Assembly: GCA_024707145.1 (NCBI GenBank)
Contig: JANQAI010000013.1
Span: 176,588 to 240,587 of the forward strand
DNA length: 64,000 nt
Direction of reading: 5' to 3'
From: Magnetospirillum sp.
Lineage (GTDB): Bacteria; Pseudomonadota; Alphaproteobacteria; Rhodospirillales; Magnetospirillaceae
Shown here: one piece after another, positions 9,963 through 20,428 of the stretch
Layout: every line of letters starts with the position of its first letter
Numbering within the stretch: the first letter of the stretch is position 1
The notes under the pieces: model-generated
Told to the model about the DNA's origin: nothing
Databases searched by the model: none
The model's input: the letters and a program-made list of their open reading frames with translations, nothing else
Program-made: the position numbers and the translations under genes

Positions 9963-11071
9963 GCCAGGGACTCCAGTGTTCCATCGCGGCGGATGCGATA
10001 GCGCCGGCCGCGCCAGGTGACGGAGCGGCCGCACAAGGCGGCGGTGAACAGGGCCAACGACAGCCAGTCGCGCAACACGATCAGCCAGAGCGGGGCCGTC
10101 GGCAGGCCGAGTGCGCGCTCCTGCGCGCGCACCGCCCACCAGCGGCAGGCCAGCGCCGCCGGCAGCAGCGGCCATGCCACCGTGGGCAGCGCCGCCCAGG
10201 CCAGGGCCGGCTGGGTCACCACCGAGGCCAGCGCCGCCAGCGGCGCCACGCTGGCGATGGTGCGCGACCAGCGCAGCTCGTGGGCCGCCAGGTCGCCCCA
10301 GCCGGATTCGTCCACCCGGGTGTCCACCAGCGTGGGCGCCAGGGCGATGGACCGGCCGGTGCCGCGCACGGCGCGGCCCAATTGGTAGTCGTCGGCCAGC
10401 ACCTCGGCGCAGGCGGCCAGGCCGCCGGCCTGGTCCAGGGTGTCGCGGGCCAGCGCCATGGTGGCGCCGAAGCAGCCGTCGCTGCGGCCCAGCGCGCGCC
10501 CCACCAGGACGGAGGGCAGGAAGCCGTGATTGATCCCCATGGCGCCCAGCCGGCTGGGCAGCCCCTGTTCCGGCCGGCCCACGTAGAGGCAGGTGGCCAG
10601 GCCGGCGTCCGGCGCGGCCAGCGCCCCGACCACCGCCTCCAGGTAGCCGGGGCCGGCCCGCATGTCGCTGTCGGCCATGACCAGGATGCCGGCGCCAGCA
10701 TGGGGCAGCATGTTCATCAGGTTCGCCACCTTGGCATTGCCGGCGCGTGCCGGGCCGCCCACCACCAGCCGGATGTCTGCGGCGGGCAGGCGGGCCTGCA
10801 GGGTGCGCACCGCTTCCACCGCAGGGTCGTCGGCATCGCCCACGCCACACACCATGCGCAGGCCGGGCCAGTCGTCCCGCCAGAACGTCGCCAAGTCGTC
10901 GGCGAGGCCGGGTTCGGCGCCGCACAGGGGCTTGAGCAGGGTGACCGGCGGGCGGTGGCCGGTGGGTGGTGGCCGCCGGCTGGCGAAGCGGGCCGCCAGC
11001 CGGCCGGCGGCCAGCTGAAAGGTCATGCCGGCCACGGTGCCGGCGGCAAGCACCATGGTCAGAACGCTCAT
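9959..11071 (-). CDS. hpnI: Bacteriohopanetetrol glucosamine glycosyltransferase (GT2)
   Basis: PVTLLKPLCGAEPGL, NAKVANL, ADSD, FGATMAL, LADDYQLG, HELRWSRTI; coupled to hpnJ. Confidence 0.9.
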   Translation of the reverse strand: MSVLTMVLAAGTVAGMTFQLAAGRLAARFASRRPPPTGHRPPVTLLKPLCGAEPGLADDLATFWRDDWPGLRMVCGVGDADDPAVEAVRTLQARLPAADIRLVVGGPARAGNAKVANLMNMLPHAGAGILVMADSDMRAGPGYLEAVVGALAAPDAGLATCLYVGRPEQGLPSRLGAMGINHGFLPSVLVGRALGRSDGCFGATMALARDTLDQAGGLAACAEVLADDYQLGRAVRGTGRSIALAPTLVDTRVDESGWGDLAAHELRWSRTIASVAPLAALASVVTQPALAWAALPTVAWPLLPAALACRWWAVRAQERALGLPTAPLWLIVLRDWLSLALFTAALCGRSVTWRGRRYRIRRDGTLESLA

Positions 11072-11658
11072 GGCTTGGCCTGTTCGGACGCCCGGCTCTC
11101 CAGCATTTCGGCCAGGCCGTCGGCGCCGCGCACCTTCAGGACCGCCTGGAATTCGGCGCGGCGCACCGCCAGCTGGCTGATGGTGCCGTCCAGCAGCACG
11201 TCCTCGATGCGCCAGCCGGACTCGCTGGGGCGCAGCAGATAGGTCAGCTTCGCCACCGCCCCGCCGGCCGGAATGATGCGGGTGGGCACCAGGGTGCCGC
11301 CACCATGGGCCGGGCCGGGTGTGCCCGTCTCGAAGCGCTCGCCGTCCCAACTGGCGAACTGGCGGGCATAGGTGGCGATGGTGTAGTGGGTGAAGGCCTG
11401 CACCACGCGGTCCAATTCCTCGGGCGTCAGCTTGGAGGCCTGCGAGCCGATGGCGGTGCGGGTCATGCCCGGCATGTCGTAGACCTGGGTGATCACCGGG
11501 GTCAGCTGCTGCGTCCGGCCGTCGAATCCCAGTTGGGGGCCGTCCTTCATCACGGCCAGCAAGGCGTCGTGCAGGCGGTTGACCGGGTCGGCCGGCTCGT
11601 CGGCGCGTGCGATGACCGCCCACAGCAGCAGCAGGGACAGCAGAAAGGCCAGTTTCAT
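11068..11658 (-). CDS. hpnM: HpnM / MlaC (Ttg2D)-like periplasmic lipid-binding protein
   Basis: Signal peptide, WRIEDVLLDGTISQLAVRRAEF; inside hpn operon. Confidence 0.85.
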   Translation of the reverse strand: MKLAFLLSLLLLWAVIARADEPADPVNRLHDALLAVMKDGPQLGFDGRTQQLTPVITQVYDMPGMTRTAIGSQASKLTPEELDRVVQAFTHYTIATYARQFASWDGERFETGTPGPAHGGGTLVPTRIIPAGGAVAKLTYLLRPSESGWRIEDVLLDGTISQLAVRRAEFQAVLKVRGADGLAEMLESRASEQAKP

Positions 11659-12646
11659 CCCAGCATCCCTTCTTGGTGGAACCACTCCACCGCCGCCGCC
11701 ACCGCCTGGGCGGCGGAGCGGTGTGTGTATCCCAGCAGCCGCTCGGCTTTGGCCGAGGTGAAGAACATGGGCCGTCGCGCCATGCGCAGCCCGTCCAGGG
11801 TGACGAACGGCTCGCGGCCGCTGACCCGGCCCCAGCCTTCCGCCGCCAGCGCCACCGGCACAACCGCCGCCAGGGGCAGGCGGATGCGCGGGGGCGGGCG
11901 GCCCATGCGGGCGGCGATTTCCGCCAGCAGGGTGGACAGGGTCAGGTCGTCGCCGCCCAGGATGTAACGCTCTCCCACTTGGCCGCGTTCCAGGGCGAGC
12001 ACATGGCCCTGGGCGACGTCGTCCACATGGACGATGTTGAGGCCGGTATCCACGTGGGCGGGCATGCGGCCCGACGCCGCCTCGACGACGATGCGGCCGG
12101 TGGGGGTGGGGCGCACGTCGCCGGGGCCCAGGGGGTGGACGGGTTGACGATCACGGCGGGCAGTCCGCGCTCGGCCACCAGTGCGCGCACCACCTGCTCG
12201 GCCAGGAATTTCGAGCGCTTGTAGGGGCCGATCATGTCGTCCAGGCGCGACGGCAGGGCCTCGTCGGCGGGGCCGCCCGCGCGCCACCCCAGGGTGGCGA
12301 CGCTGCTGGTATGGACCACACGCTTCAGACCGGCGGCCAAGGCGGCCTCCATGAGCGCCCGGGTGCCGTCCACATTGGCGCGCATCATGGCGTCGGGATC
12401 GCGCACCCACAGCCGGTAATCGGCGGCCACGTGGACCAGCGCGTCGCAGCCCTCGACCGCCGTCGCCAGCGAGACCGGATCGGTCAAGTCGCCCACCACC
12501 GGATGGGCCGGAAGACCTTCCAGGTTGCGCCGGGACGAGGCGGGGCGGACCAGTGCCCGCACTCCATAGCCGTGCGCGATCAGGGCCAGCACCACCCTGC
12601 TGCCCACGAAACCGCTCGCTCCGGTCACCAGCACCGTCTCGGCCAC
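11655..12646 (-). CDS. hpnA: Hopanoid-associated NAD-dependent sugar epimerase; apparent frameshift at G5 run 12131-12135
   Basis: VLVTGASGFVGS, HVAADYRLW, YKRSK, VNPSTP then other frame LGPGDVRPTPTGRI, DTGLNIVHVDDVA, GERYILGG. Confidence 0.9.
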
Positions 12647-12806
12647 ATCCGCCGTCCTTTGCCTTCAAGCGCTCATATGGGGCGCGGCCGGCGGGAAACG
12701 GCGGGGACAGAAGGGATAAGGCGCCCGGTCGCATGGCTTAGGCCCCCTTTCCCATGGGGGACGCGCTTCCTAGATGCGCGGCAACTCGATCACGGGCGGG
12801 ACTTCC

Positions 12807-15329
12807 ATGGCGGCGCGGGTGGTGACATGGTGCTGGCGCCACGGCGGCTGGGTGGTGGCCGTTGTGCTGCTGCTGCTGCTGCCCGCCGGCTGGCTGGCCG
12901 CCACCGGGCTGTCGCTGGACAGCGACGAAACCCACATGCTTTCGGCCGACCTGCCGTTCCGCCAGGCCGAGCAGCGCTTCGACGCCGCCTTTCCCCAGTA
13001 CCGCGAGCTGCTGCTGCTGGTGGTTGACGGCGACAGCGCCGAACAGGCCGAGGTGTCGGCCGACGCCCTGGTGGCGCGGCTGGCCGGCGACCAGCGCTTC
13101 CTGTCGGTGGAGCGCCCGGCCACCGAGGCGTTCTTCCGCGACCACGCCCTGCTGTTCCTGCCGCCACGAGAGCTGGAGGAGGTGGCCGACCGGCTGATCC
13201 AGGCCCAGCCCCTGCTGGGCGGGCTGGCGGCCGATCCGTCGGCGCGCGGCCTGTTGGCGGTGCTGTCGCTGATGGCCGAGGGGGTAAGGCTGGGGCAGGT
13301 CCCCCGCGAGCAGGTGGCACCGGTCTTGGACATGGTGGCGGAAACCGGGCGCACGGTGCTGGCCGGGCGGCCCCGGCCGCTGTCCTTGCTGGGGCTGGTC
13401 AGCGGCCGCGAAGGTTCGGACACCCGCCGTCTGGTGCTGGCGCGGCCGCGCCTTGACCACACCAGCCTGGTCCCCGGCGAGGCCGCCGCCCAGGCCGTCC
13501 GCGCTGCCGCCGAGGGACTGCCGGCGCGGGTGCGGCTGACCGGTCCGGTGGCGCTCAGCGACGACAATTTCCGTACCGTGGCGGAGGGGGTGGCGCCCAC
13601 CCTGCTGCTGTCCCTGGCCTTGGTCACCGCTCTGCTGCTGGCGGCGGTGGGATCGCTGCGGGTGACCGCCGCCATCCTCGTCACCCTGGCCGTCGGGCTG
13701 GTGTTCACTTCGGCCTTCGCCGCCCTGGCGGTGGGCGTGCTCAACCCGCTGTCGGTGGCCTTTGTCGTCCTGTTCCTGGGCCTGGCAGTGGATTTCGGCA
13801 TCCAGTTCGCCGTGCGCTTCCGTGACGACCACCATCGCCTGGGCGACGCCACCCGCGCCATGCAGGTTACCGCGGCCAAGGTGGCCCGTCCGCTCACCGT
13901 GGTGGCGGTGGCCATCGCGCTCGGGTTTCTGTCCTTTCTGCCCACGGATTACGTGGGGGTGTCGCAGTTGGGCCTAATCGCTGCCGGCGGCATGCTGGTG
14001 GGGATCGCCCTGACCCTGACCCTGCTGCCGGCCCTGCTGGGGCTGTTGCGGCCGCCGCCGGCCCGTAAGCCCGCCGGCTTCACCGCCCTGGAGCCGGTGG
14101 AGCAGGTGCTGCGCACCGGCCCCAAGGTGGTGGTGGGGGCGGCCGTGGCCCTGGGTGTGGCGGCGGCGGCGGTGGCGTTGACCCTGCGCTTCGACTTCGA
14201 TCCCCTGCACCTGCAGAACCCGCGCGCCGAATCGGTGGGGGCTTTCCGCGACCTGGCCGCCGACCCGGCCAGCAGCCCCTACGGCATCGAGATCACCGTC
14301 GCCGATCCGTCGGCGGCTGACGCTCTGGCCCGGCGGCTGGAGGGCAAGCCCGAGATCGCCTTCGCCCTGACGCTGTCCAGCCTGGTGCCCGACCATCAGG
14401 GCGAAAAGCTGGCGGTGATCGCCGACCTGGATCATCTGCTGGGGCCGACGCTGAACCCGCCCGAAACCATGCCGGCGCCCACCGCCACCGAGCTGTCCAC
14501 CAGCCTGGACGAAGCGGCACGGGCCTGGGAGAGCGCCGGCTTCACCCAGCCGGCCTTGGTGTTGCGCCAGGTCCTGGCGCGCGGCCGGGTCGAGGCCTTC
14601 GCCGAAGCGGTCGCGGGCGGGGTGCCGCCCCTGTTGACCCAGTTGCGCCGGCTGCTGGCAAGCGAGCCGGTAACGGCGGACAGCCTGCCGCCCAGGCTGG
14701 TGCGCGATTGGGTGGGGCAGGGGGGCGAGGGACGCGTTTCGGTGCAGCCGGCCCGCCCGCTGTCCTCGCCCGCCGAGATGCACCGCTTCGTCGCCGCCGT
14801 TCGCGCGGTGGAGCCCATGGTTTCAGGAGCACCGGTGGCCATCGTCGACAGCGGGCAGGTAGCGGTGGCCGCCTTCGCCCAGGCCGGTGCGGCGGCGCTG
14901 GCGGCGGCGGTGCTGCTGCTGTCCATGGTGATGCGCCGGCCGGTGGAGACCGTGCTGGTGCTGGCGCCGCTGCTCCTGGGCGTCCTGCTGGCCCTGGCGG
15001 CACTCGCCCTGTCGGGCGTGGCCATCAATTTCGCCAACATCATCGCCTTCCCCCTGCTGCTGGGAATCGGCGTCGCCTTCAACGTCTATTTCGTCATGGG
15101 CTGGCGGAAAGACGTTGCTCTGCTGAGTTCGGCCACGGCGCGTGCGGTGCTGTTCTCTGCGCTGACCACCGGAGTGTCGTTCGGCGCCCTGGCCTTGTCG
15201 TCCCATCGCGGTACCGCCTCGCTGGGGCTGGTGCTGATGGTGGGGCTGGCGCTGATGGTGCTGGCCTCGGCCTTGTTTCTTCCGGCGGTCTTCGCCCTAG
15301 TGGAACGGCGGCGGAGCCCCAGGCCGTGA
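12807..15329 (+). CDS. hpnN: Hopanoid transporter, MMPL/RND family
   Basis: RLTGPVALSDD, LFLGLAVDFGIQF, FLSFLPTDYVGVSQLGLIA, NFANIIAFPLLLGIGVAFNVYFV, SHRGTASLG; alternative ATG at 12774. Confidence 0.92.
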   Translation: MAARVVTWCWRHGGWVVAVVLLLLLPAGWLAATGLSLDSDETHMLSADLPFRQAEQRFDAAFPQYRELLLLVVDGDSAEQAEVSADALVARLAGDQRFLSVERPATEAFFRDHALLFLPPRELEEVADRLIQAQPLLGGLAADPSARGLLAVLSLMAEGVRLGQVPREQVAPVLDMVAETGRTVLAGRPRPLSLLGLVSGREGSDTRRLVLARPRLDHTSLVPGEAAAQAVRAAAEGLPARVRLTGPVALSDDNFRTVAEGVAPTLLLSLALVTALLLAAVGSLRVTAAILVTLAVGLVFTSAFAALAVGVLNPLSVAFVVLFLGLAVDFGIQFAVRFRDDHHRLGDATRAMQVTAAKVARPLTVVAVAIALGFLSFLPTDYVGVSQLGLIAAGGMLVGIALTLTLLPALLGLLRPPPARKPAGFTALEPVEQVLRTGPKVVVGAAVALGVAAAAVALTLRFDFDPLHLQNPRAESVGAFRDLAADPASSPYGIEITVADPSAADALARRLEGKPEIAFALTLSSLVPDHQGEKLAVIADLDHLLGPTLNPPETMPAPTATELSTSLDEAARAWESAGFTQPALVLRQVLARGRVEAFAEAVAGGVPPLLTQLRRLLASEPVTADSLPPRLVRDWVGQGGEGRVSVQPARPLSSPAEMHRFVAAVRAVEPMVSGAPVAIVDSGQVAVAAFAQAGAAALAAAVLLLSMVMRRPVETVLVLAPLLLGVLLALAALALSGVAINFANIIAFPLLLGIGVAFNVYFVMGWRKDVALLSSATARAVLFSALTTGVSFGALALSSHRGTASLGLVLMVGLALMVLASALFLPAVFALVERRRSPRP

Positions 15330-16246
15330 TTGCCCGCCTGGTGCTGGCGGCGGCGGTCCTGGCGGTGGCGGGCTTCGTCCTGGCGCCGGCCCTGGCCGAG
15401 CTGCCCGGCTTGCTGGCGGTTGCCGGATGGACGGCGCCGGCCCTGCTGGTGCTGGTGCACGCGGTCCCGGTCGCCCTGTGCGGCATGGCCTGGGCGGCGG
15501 TGGCGCCCCATGCCCCGGTGGCAGCCATGGTGCTGGTGCGGTGGATCCGTGACGGTTTCAACGAGATGCTGGCGGTGGTGCCGCTGGCGGGCGAGGCGGC
15601 GGCGCTGCGCCTGCTCGGCCGCCGTGGGGTCAAGCCGGCACCGGCGACGGCCGGCATGGTGGCCGACCTGACCGCCGAGGTGGTGGCGCAGATCCTGTTC
15701 AGCCTGATCGGCCTAGCCCTGTGGGCGGCCCACGCTTCCGGCGCCGGGGTGCTGCGCTGGGGACTGCCGGGGGTGGTGGCCGCCGCCGCCGTTGCCGGCG
15801 CCTTCGTGGCCGTGCAGCGTGGCGGCGGGCTGCGGCTGGTGGAAAGGCTGGCGGCCCACCTGCTGCCGCGACGGCGGCCGGTGGCCGGGCTGCATGCCCA
15901 ACTGATGGCGCTGTATCGCCGGCCACGCCGGCTGGCCGGAGGCGTGGGCCTGCACCTGCTGGCCTGGCTGGCAGCCTGCGCCGAAGCGTGGGTGGCCCTG
16001 CGCCTGCTCGGCCATCCCATCTCGGTGGCCGAGGCGGTGATGCTGGAAAGCGCGGTGTTCGCCCTGCGCAGCGCCGCCTTCATGGTGCCCGGTGCCCTGG
16101 GCCTGCAAGAGGGGTTTTATGCCGTGCTGGGGCCGTTGCTGGGCGTTCCGCCGGCGGTGGCCCTGACGCTTTCGGTGTTGAAGCGGGCGCGGGAGGTCAT
16201 CATGGGCGTGCCCGCCTTGCTGGCGTGGCTGCGGCTGGGGCGCTGA
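15326..16246 (+). CDS. hpnL: HpnL-like membrane protein (lysylphosphatidylglycerol synthase TM family)
   Basis: RWIRDGFNEML, LESAVFALRSAAFMVPGALGLQEG, SVLKRARE; GTG overlaps hpnN stop. Confidence 0.78.
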   Translation: MIARLVLAAAVLAVAGFVLAPALAELPGLLAVAGWTAPALLVLVHAVPVALCGMAWAAVAPHAPVAAMVLVRWIRDGFNEMLAVVPLAGEAAALRLLGRRGVKPAPATAGMVADLTAEVVAQILFSLIGLALWAAHASGAGVLRWGLPGVVAAAAVAGAFVAVQRGGGLRLVERLAAHLLPRRRPVAGLHAQLMALYRRPRRLAGGVGLHLLAWLAACAEAWVALRLLGHPISVAEAVMLESAVFALRSAAFMVPGALGLQEGFYAVLGPLLGVPPAVALTLSVLKRAREVIMGVPALLAWLRLGR

Positions 16247-16273
16247 GCCGGGCGGGAACGAGCCTCGCCCGGC
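16247..16273. terminator. GC-rich hairpin between convergent hpnL and rnfH
   Basis: GCCGGGCGGG-aacgagc-CTCGCCCGGC, 10-bp stem with one G-U pair; no U-tract. Confidence 0.4.
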
Positions 16274-16280
16274 CGTGGGA

Positions 16281-16568
16281 TCAGCCCTCGCCCCCGGCGG
16301 TCGCTTCCGGGCGGGCGCGCCGCTTCACGGTCTTGGGGTCGACGGTGATGGGGCGGTAGATCTCGACCCGGGCATCGGGCTCCAGCACCGCATCCAACTC
16401 GGCCACTTTGCCCCACACGCCCACCTTCTGGGTGGCGAGGTCGATCTCCGGGCAGCGGGCCAGGATGCCGGACTTCTCCAGCGCGTCCTTGATGGTGGCG
16501 CCTTCCGGCAGCTCCACCGTCAGCACCACCTGGCGCTCGGGTTTGGCATAAACCACACGCACGTTCAT
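16281..16568 (-). CDS. rnfH: RnfH family protein
   Basis: KVGVWGK, RVEIYRPITVDPK. Confidence 0.92.
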   Translation of the reverse strand: MNVRVVYAKPERQVVLTVELPEGATIKDALEKSGILARCPEIDLATQKVGVWGKVAELDAVLEPDARVEIYRPITVDPKTVKRRARPEATAGGEG

Positions 16569-16581
16569 CTCTCAGCGCTCC

Positions 16582-17256
16582 TCAACCCACCGCATGGGCG
16601 CCGCCCATGGAAATCTGCTTGCCGGCGCGGAGGTCCAGCATGCGCTTGCCCACCACCAGCAGGCCGGTGGCGAGGAAGCCGCCGGGCGGCAGCACCATCA
16701 TCAGCACGCTCATGTTGGAGGGCAGGACGCGGATTTCCATGAACTTGAAGGCCGGGCCGAGCAGCAGCGAGGCGTCGGCGAACAGAGTGCCCGAACCGAT
16801 GATCTCGCGCACGGCGCCGATGGCGGTCAGCGACAGGGTGAAGCCCAGGCCCATGAATATGCCGTCCACCAGCGAGGGCAGCACCGGCTCCTTGGCGGCG
16901 AAGGCCTCCAGGCGGGCCAGCGGCAGGCAGTTGGAAACGATCAGCGGGATGAACAGGCCCAGAACCTTGTACAGCTCGTGCATCCACGCGTTCATGGTCA
17001 GGTCCACCAGCGTCACCATGGCGGCGACGATCAGGATGTAGACCGGCACGCGCACCTCGTGGGTGATATAGCCGCGGAAGGTGGCCACCAGCAGGTTCGA
17101 GGCCGCCATCACCACCGCCGTCGCCAGGCCCATGCCGAAGCCGTTGGTGGCGCTGGTGGTCATGGCCATGGTCGGGCACATGCCCAGCAGCATGCACAGC
17201 ACGCCGTTGTTGTCCCACAGGCCGTCCTTGATGATCGTGCGGTATTGCGTCGCCAT
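16582..17256 (-). CDS. rnfE: Rnf electron transport complex subunit E
   Basis: LLGMCPTMA, LGLFIPLIVSNC, LPPGGF. Confidence 0.93.
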   Translation of the reverse strand: MATQYRTIIKDGLWDNNGVLCMLLGMCPTMAMTTSATNGFGMGLATAVVMAASNLLVATFRGYITHEVRVPVYILIVAAMVTLVDLTMNAWMHELYKVLGLFIPLIVSNCLPLARLEAFAAKEPVLPSLVDGIFMGLGFTLSLTAIGAVREIIGSGTLFADASLLLGPAFKFMEIRVLPSNMSVLMMVLPPGGFLATGLLVVGKRMLDLRAGKQISMGGAHAVG

Positions 17257-17855
17257 CAGTGCGTCTCCAACAGCTGGGTCTTGTTCTCGGCGAAGAATTC
17301 CAGGCCCTCGCGGATGGCCTTGACCACGCCGCGCGGGGTGATGGTGGCGCCCGAGAACTGGTCGAACTGGCCGCCGTCCTTCTTGACCTTCCACTTGTCC
17401 ACTACCGGGTTGCCGAGGCTCAGGCCGGTGAAGCGGGTGATCCAGTCGGTCTTGGCGACCTCGATCTTGTCGCCCAGGCCGGGGGTCTCCTTGTGGGCCA
17501 GGGCGCGCACGCCCAGCACCTTGCCCTCGGCATCCACCGCCAGCATCAAGCGGATTTCGCCGGCATAGCCGCTGCCCTCGATCTGGTAGGCGATGCCGGT
17601 CACCTTGCCGCCGCGGGTGGCGCGGTAGATGGTGCGGTCCTTGCCCTCGTGGGTCTTCACCACCAAGGTGTCCTGGACCGGGTTGTTGTCGTGGATGGCG
17701 GCCGGGATCACCTTGCCCAGCGCGTTCTGCTTGTCCTCAAGGGCGCGCTGGGCGATGGGCTCGGCGGTGACCATGTCGGTGGCGGCCAGCATCACGCCGA
17801 AGCCCAGGCAGAAGGCGCCCAGAATGATGGCGTGGATATAGGTGGGCTTGCTCAT
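17256..17855 (-). CDS. rnfG: Rnf electron transport complex subunit G
   Basis: GYAGEI, HKETPGLGDKIE, flavinylation motif DQFSGATITPRGV. Confidence 0.93.
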   Translation of the reverse strand: MSKPTYIHAIILGAFCLGFGVMLAATDMVTAEPIAQRALEDKQNALGKVIPAAIHDNNPVQDTLVVKTHEGKDRTIYRATRGGKVTGIAYQIEGSGYAGEIRLMLAVDAEGKVLGVRALAHKETPGLGDKIEVAKTDWITRFTGLSLGNPVVDKWKVKKDGGQFDQFSGATITPRGVVKAIREGLEFFAENKTQLLETH

Positions 17856-18925
17856 TGCTCCCCCTTCAGCGGCAAGGGTTCGCCCTTGCGGGTGCGGCCG
17901 AAGGCGCGCGGGCGGAAGTTCTGGTCGATGATGGGCGTGAGTGCGTTCATCAGCAGCACGGCGAAGGCCATGCCCTCGGGATAGCCGGCGAAGGTACGGA
18001 TCACCCAGGTCAGCAGGCCGACGCCGAAGCCGAATACCAGCTGGCCCTTCTTGGAGACCGGCGAGGTGACGTAGTCGGTGGCGATGAAGAACGCGCCCAG
18101 GAAGGTGGCGCCCGACAGCAGGTGGAAGGCGCCGGGGGCGAAGCGGGCGGGATCGATGGCGTTGAAGATGGTGCCCAGTGCGAACACCGTGGCCATCACC
18201 GCCACCGGGGTGTGCCACGAGATAATCCTGCGGGCCAGCAGCACCAGGCCGCCCAGCAGCACCAGCAGGGCCGAGGTCTCGCCCATGGAGCCCGGCTTGG
18301 AGCCGAGGGCCAGGTCCATCAGGTCGGGCACGTGCCGGATGGACTCGGTGACGGCGATGCCGCGCGACAGCTCGGTCTTGACGTAGCCCAGGGCGGAGGC
18401 CGCGCTGATGCTGTCCACCGTGCCCGCGCCGAAGGTGATGGCCAGGGCATCGAGGAAGCCGGGCGAGCCGGCGGCGAACAGCGGGTGCGGCGGGACGAAC
18501 AGGGTCATCTGCACCGGAAACGACACCAGCAGGGCGACGCGGGCCACCATGGCCGGGTTGAACACGTTCTGGCCCAGGCCGCCGAAAAAGTGCTTGGCCA
18601 GCGGGATGGCGAACACCGAGCCCAGCACGGGGACCCACCAGGGGGCCCACGGCGGCAGGCTCATGGCCAGCAGCCAGCCGGTCAGCGCCGCCGAGCCGTC
18701 GGTCAGCGTCGGCTTGATGGGCTTGCCGGCCACGTGCAGGCAGATGGCCTCGGCCAGCAGGCACGAGCCCACCGACAGCAGGAACAGGAACACCGCCGGC
18801 CAGCCGAACAGCCACAGATCGAACAGGGTGGCCGGCACCAGGGCCAGCAGCACCGTGTTCATGATCTTGGGGACGGAGGTGGGCGCGTGGGTGAACGGCC
18901 CGCTCTTGTCGGTAAAGGCGCTCAT
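17852..18925 (-). CDS. rnfD: Rnf electron transport complex subunit D
   Basis: FGGLGQNVFNPAM, GSMGETS, AFFIATDYVTSP, YPEGMAFAVLLMN. Confidence 0.93.
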   Translation of the reverse strand: MSAFTDKSGPFTHAPTSVPKIMNTVLLALVPATLFDLWLFGWPAVFLFLLSVGSCLLAEAICLHVAGKPIKPTLTDGSAALTGWLLAMSLPPWAPWWVPVLGSVFAIPLAKHFFGGLGQNVFNPAMVARVALLVSFPVQMTLFVPPHPLFAAGSPGFLDALAITFGAGTVDSISAASALGYVKTELSRGIAVTESIRHVPDLMDLALGSKPGSMGETSALLVLLGGLVLLARRIISWHTPVAVMATVFALGTIFNAIDPARFAPGAFHLLSGATFLGAFFIATDYVTSPVSKKGQLVFGFGVGLLTWVIRTFAGYPEGMAFAVLLMNALTPIIDQNFRPRAFGRTRKGEPLPLKGEQ

Positions 18926-20415
18926 GGATTGGCCTGCTTGTCGGCGGAGGTTTCGGAAGCCTGGGCGGCGGCCGCTTCGGCCGCCCGCTTGGCGGCAGCC
19001 GCGGCAGCGGCGGCCTTCTTGGCGGCGGCGGCCTTCTCGACGCGGATGGTGTGCGCCTCGACCAGGGCTTTGGTGGCGTCCTGCTTGCGGCGCTCGCGGT
19101 CCAGCGCGTTGAGCGCGCCCTTGGCATAGTTGAAGTAATGCACCAGCGGAATGTGCGACGGGCAGATGTACGAGCACGACCCGCAGGACACGCAATCCAT
19201 CACGCCGGTCTTGGCGGCGGCTTCCAGGTTGTCCTTGCGGATGTACGACGCCATCTCCACCGGCACCAGGCCGCACGGGCAGATGGTGACGCAGGTGCCG
19301 CAGCGGATGCACGGGCCCGGCGGCTGTTCGTCGGTCTCGCCGGCGGTCAGCGCCAGGATGCCGCAGGTGCCCTTGACCACGGGCACGTCCAGGTTGGGCA
19401 GCGGCTGGCCCATCATCGGGCCGCCATTGACGATGCGGCGCGGCGCCTCGCTCAGGCCGCCGCAGAATTCCACCAGCTCGGACACCAGGGTGCCCAGCGG
19501 GGCCTCCACGTTGCCGGGCTTGGCGATGGCGCCGCCCGAGACGGTGACTACGCGCGACAGCAGCGGGCGGCCGAAGCGCACCGCGTGGTGGACGGCGCGC
19601 GCCGTGCCCACGTTGTGCACCACCACGCCCAGGTCGGCGGTCAGCTTGCGCGCGGGCGTCTCCAGGCCGGTGATGGCCTGGGTCAGGTGGCGCTCCGAGC
19701 CCATGGGATACTGCACCGGCACCGCCACCACCTCCACGTTGGGGGTGGCCTTGGCGGCCCCGGTCATGGCGGCGATGGCCTGGGGCTTGTTCTCTTCGAT
19801 GCCCACCACCACCTTGGGCGCGCCCAGGGCGCGCGCCATGATACGGGCGCCATCCACCACTTCGGCGGCGTATTCGCGCATGACGCGGTCGTCGCAGGTC
19901 AGGTAGGGCTCGCACTCGGCGCCGTTGAGCAGCAGGGTGTGGATCTTCTTCTGGGTTCCCAGGCCCAGCTTGACCGCCGACGGGAAGGTGGCGCCGCCCA
20001 TGCCGACGATGCCCGACTCGGCGACGCGCCGGCGGATGGCCTCGGGCTCTGCGGCGAAGGGATCGGCGATGGGCGCCGGCAGCACGGCCCATTCATCCTT
20101 GCCGTCGGGCTCCAGGATGATGGTCTTCTGCGGCAGGCCCGACGGATGGGGCGCGGTCACGTCGGTGATGGCCGTGATCACGCCCGAGGTGGGGGCGTGG
20201 GTGGGGGCGGACACCGCCCCGCCGGCATGGGCCAGCAACTGGCCCTTCAGCACGTGCTCGCCCTCGGCCACCACGGGCTCGGCCGGGGCGCCGATATGCT
20301 GCTGCAGGGGCAGGTACAGGGCCTGGGGCAGCGGCAGGGCGACGATGGCGGATTCGCTGGTGCGATCCTTGCGGTAGTCGGGGTGGACGCCGCCACGCAC
20401 GGGGAACAGCTTCAT
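18922..20415 (-). CDS. rnfC: Rnf electron transport complex subunit C
   Basis: QHIGAP, GIVGMGGATFP, NGAECEPYLTCD, CIRCGTCVTICP, CVSCGSCSYICP; Ala/Lys-rich tail. Confidence 0.95.
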   Translation of the reverse strand: MKLFPVRGGVHPDYRKDRTSESAIVALPLPQALYLPLQQHIGAPAEPVVAEGEHVLKGQLLAHAGGAVSAPTHAPTSGVITAITDVTAPHPSGLPQKTIILEPDGKDEWAVLPAPIADPFAAEPEAIRRRVAESGIVGMGGATFPSAVKLGLGTQKKIHTLLLNGAECEPYLTCDDRVMREYAAEVVDGARIMARALGAPKVVVGIEENKPQAIAAMTGAAKATPNVEVVAVPVQYPMGSERHLTQAITGLETPARKLTADLGVVVHNVGTARAVHHAVRFGRPLLSRVVTVSGGAIAKPGNVEAPLGTLVSELVEFCGGLSEAPRRIVNGGPMMGQPLPNLDVPVVKGTCGILALTAGETDEQPPGPCIRCGTCVTICPCGLVPVEMASYIRKDNLEAAAKTGVMDCVSCGSCSYICPSHIPLVHYFNYAKGALNALDRERRKQDATKALVEAHTIRVEKAAAAKKAAAAAAAAKRAAEAAAAQASETSADKQANP

Positions 20416-20428
20416 GACCGATGGCTCC

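Noticed and set aside
11655-12646. Programmed frameshifting or phase variation in hpnA, hpnD, ada and others
   Set aside because: Runs are short and breaks are scattered across unrelated genes; sequencing error is more parsimonious, though not proven
18922-19040. Ala/Lys low-complexity run at the RnfC C-terminus
   Set aside because: Such tails are common in RnfC; not a DNA repeat element
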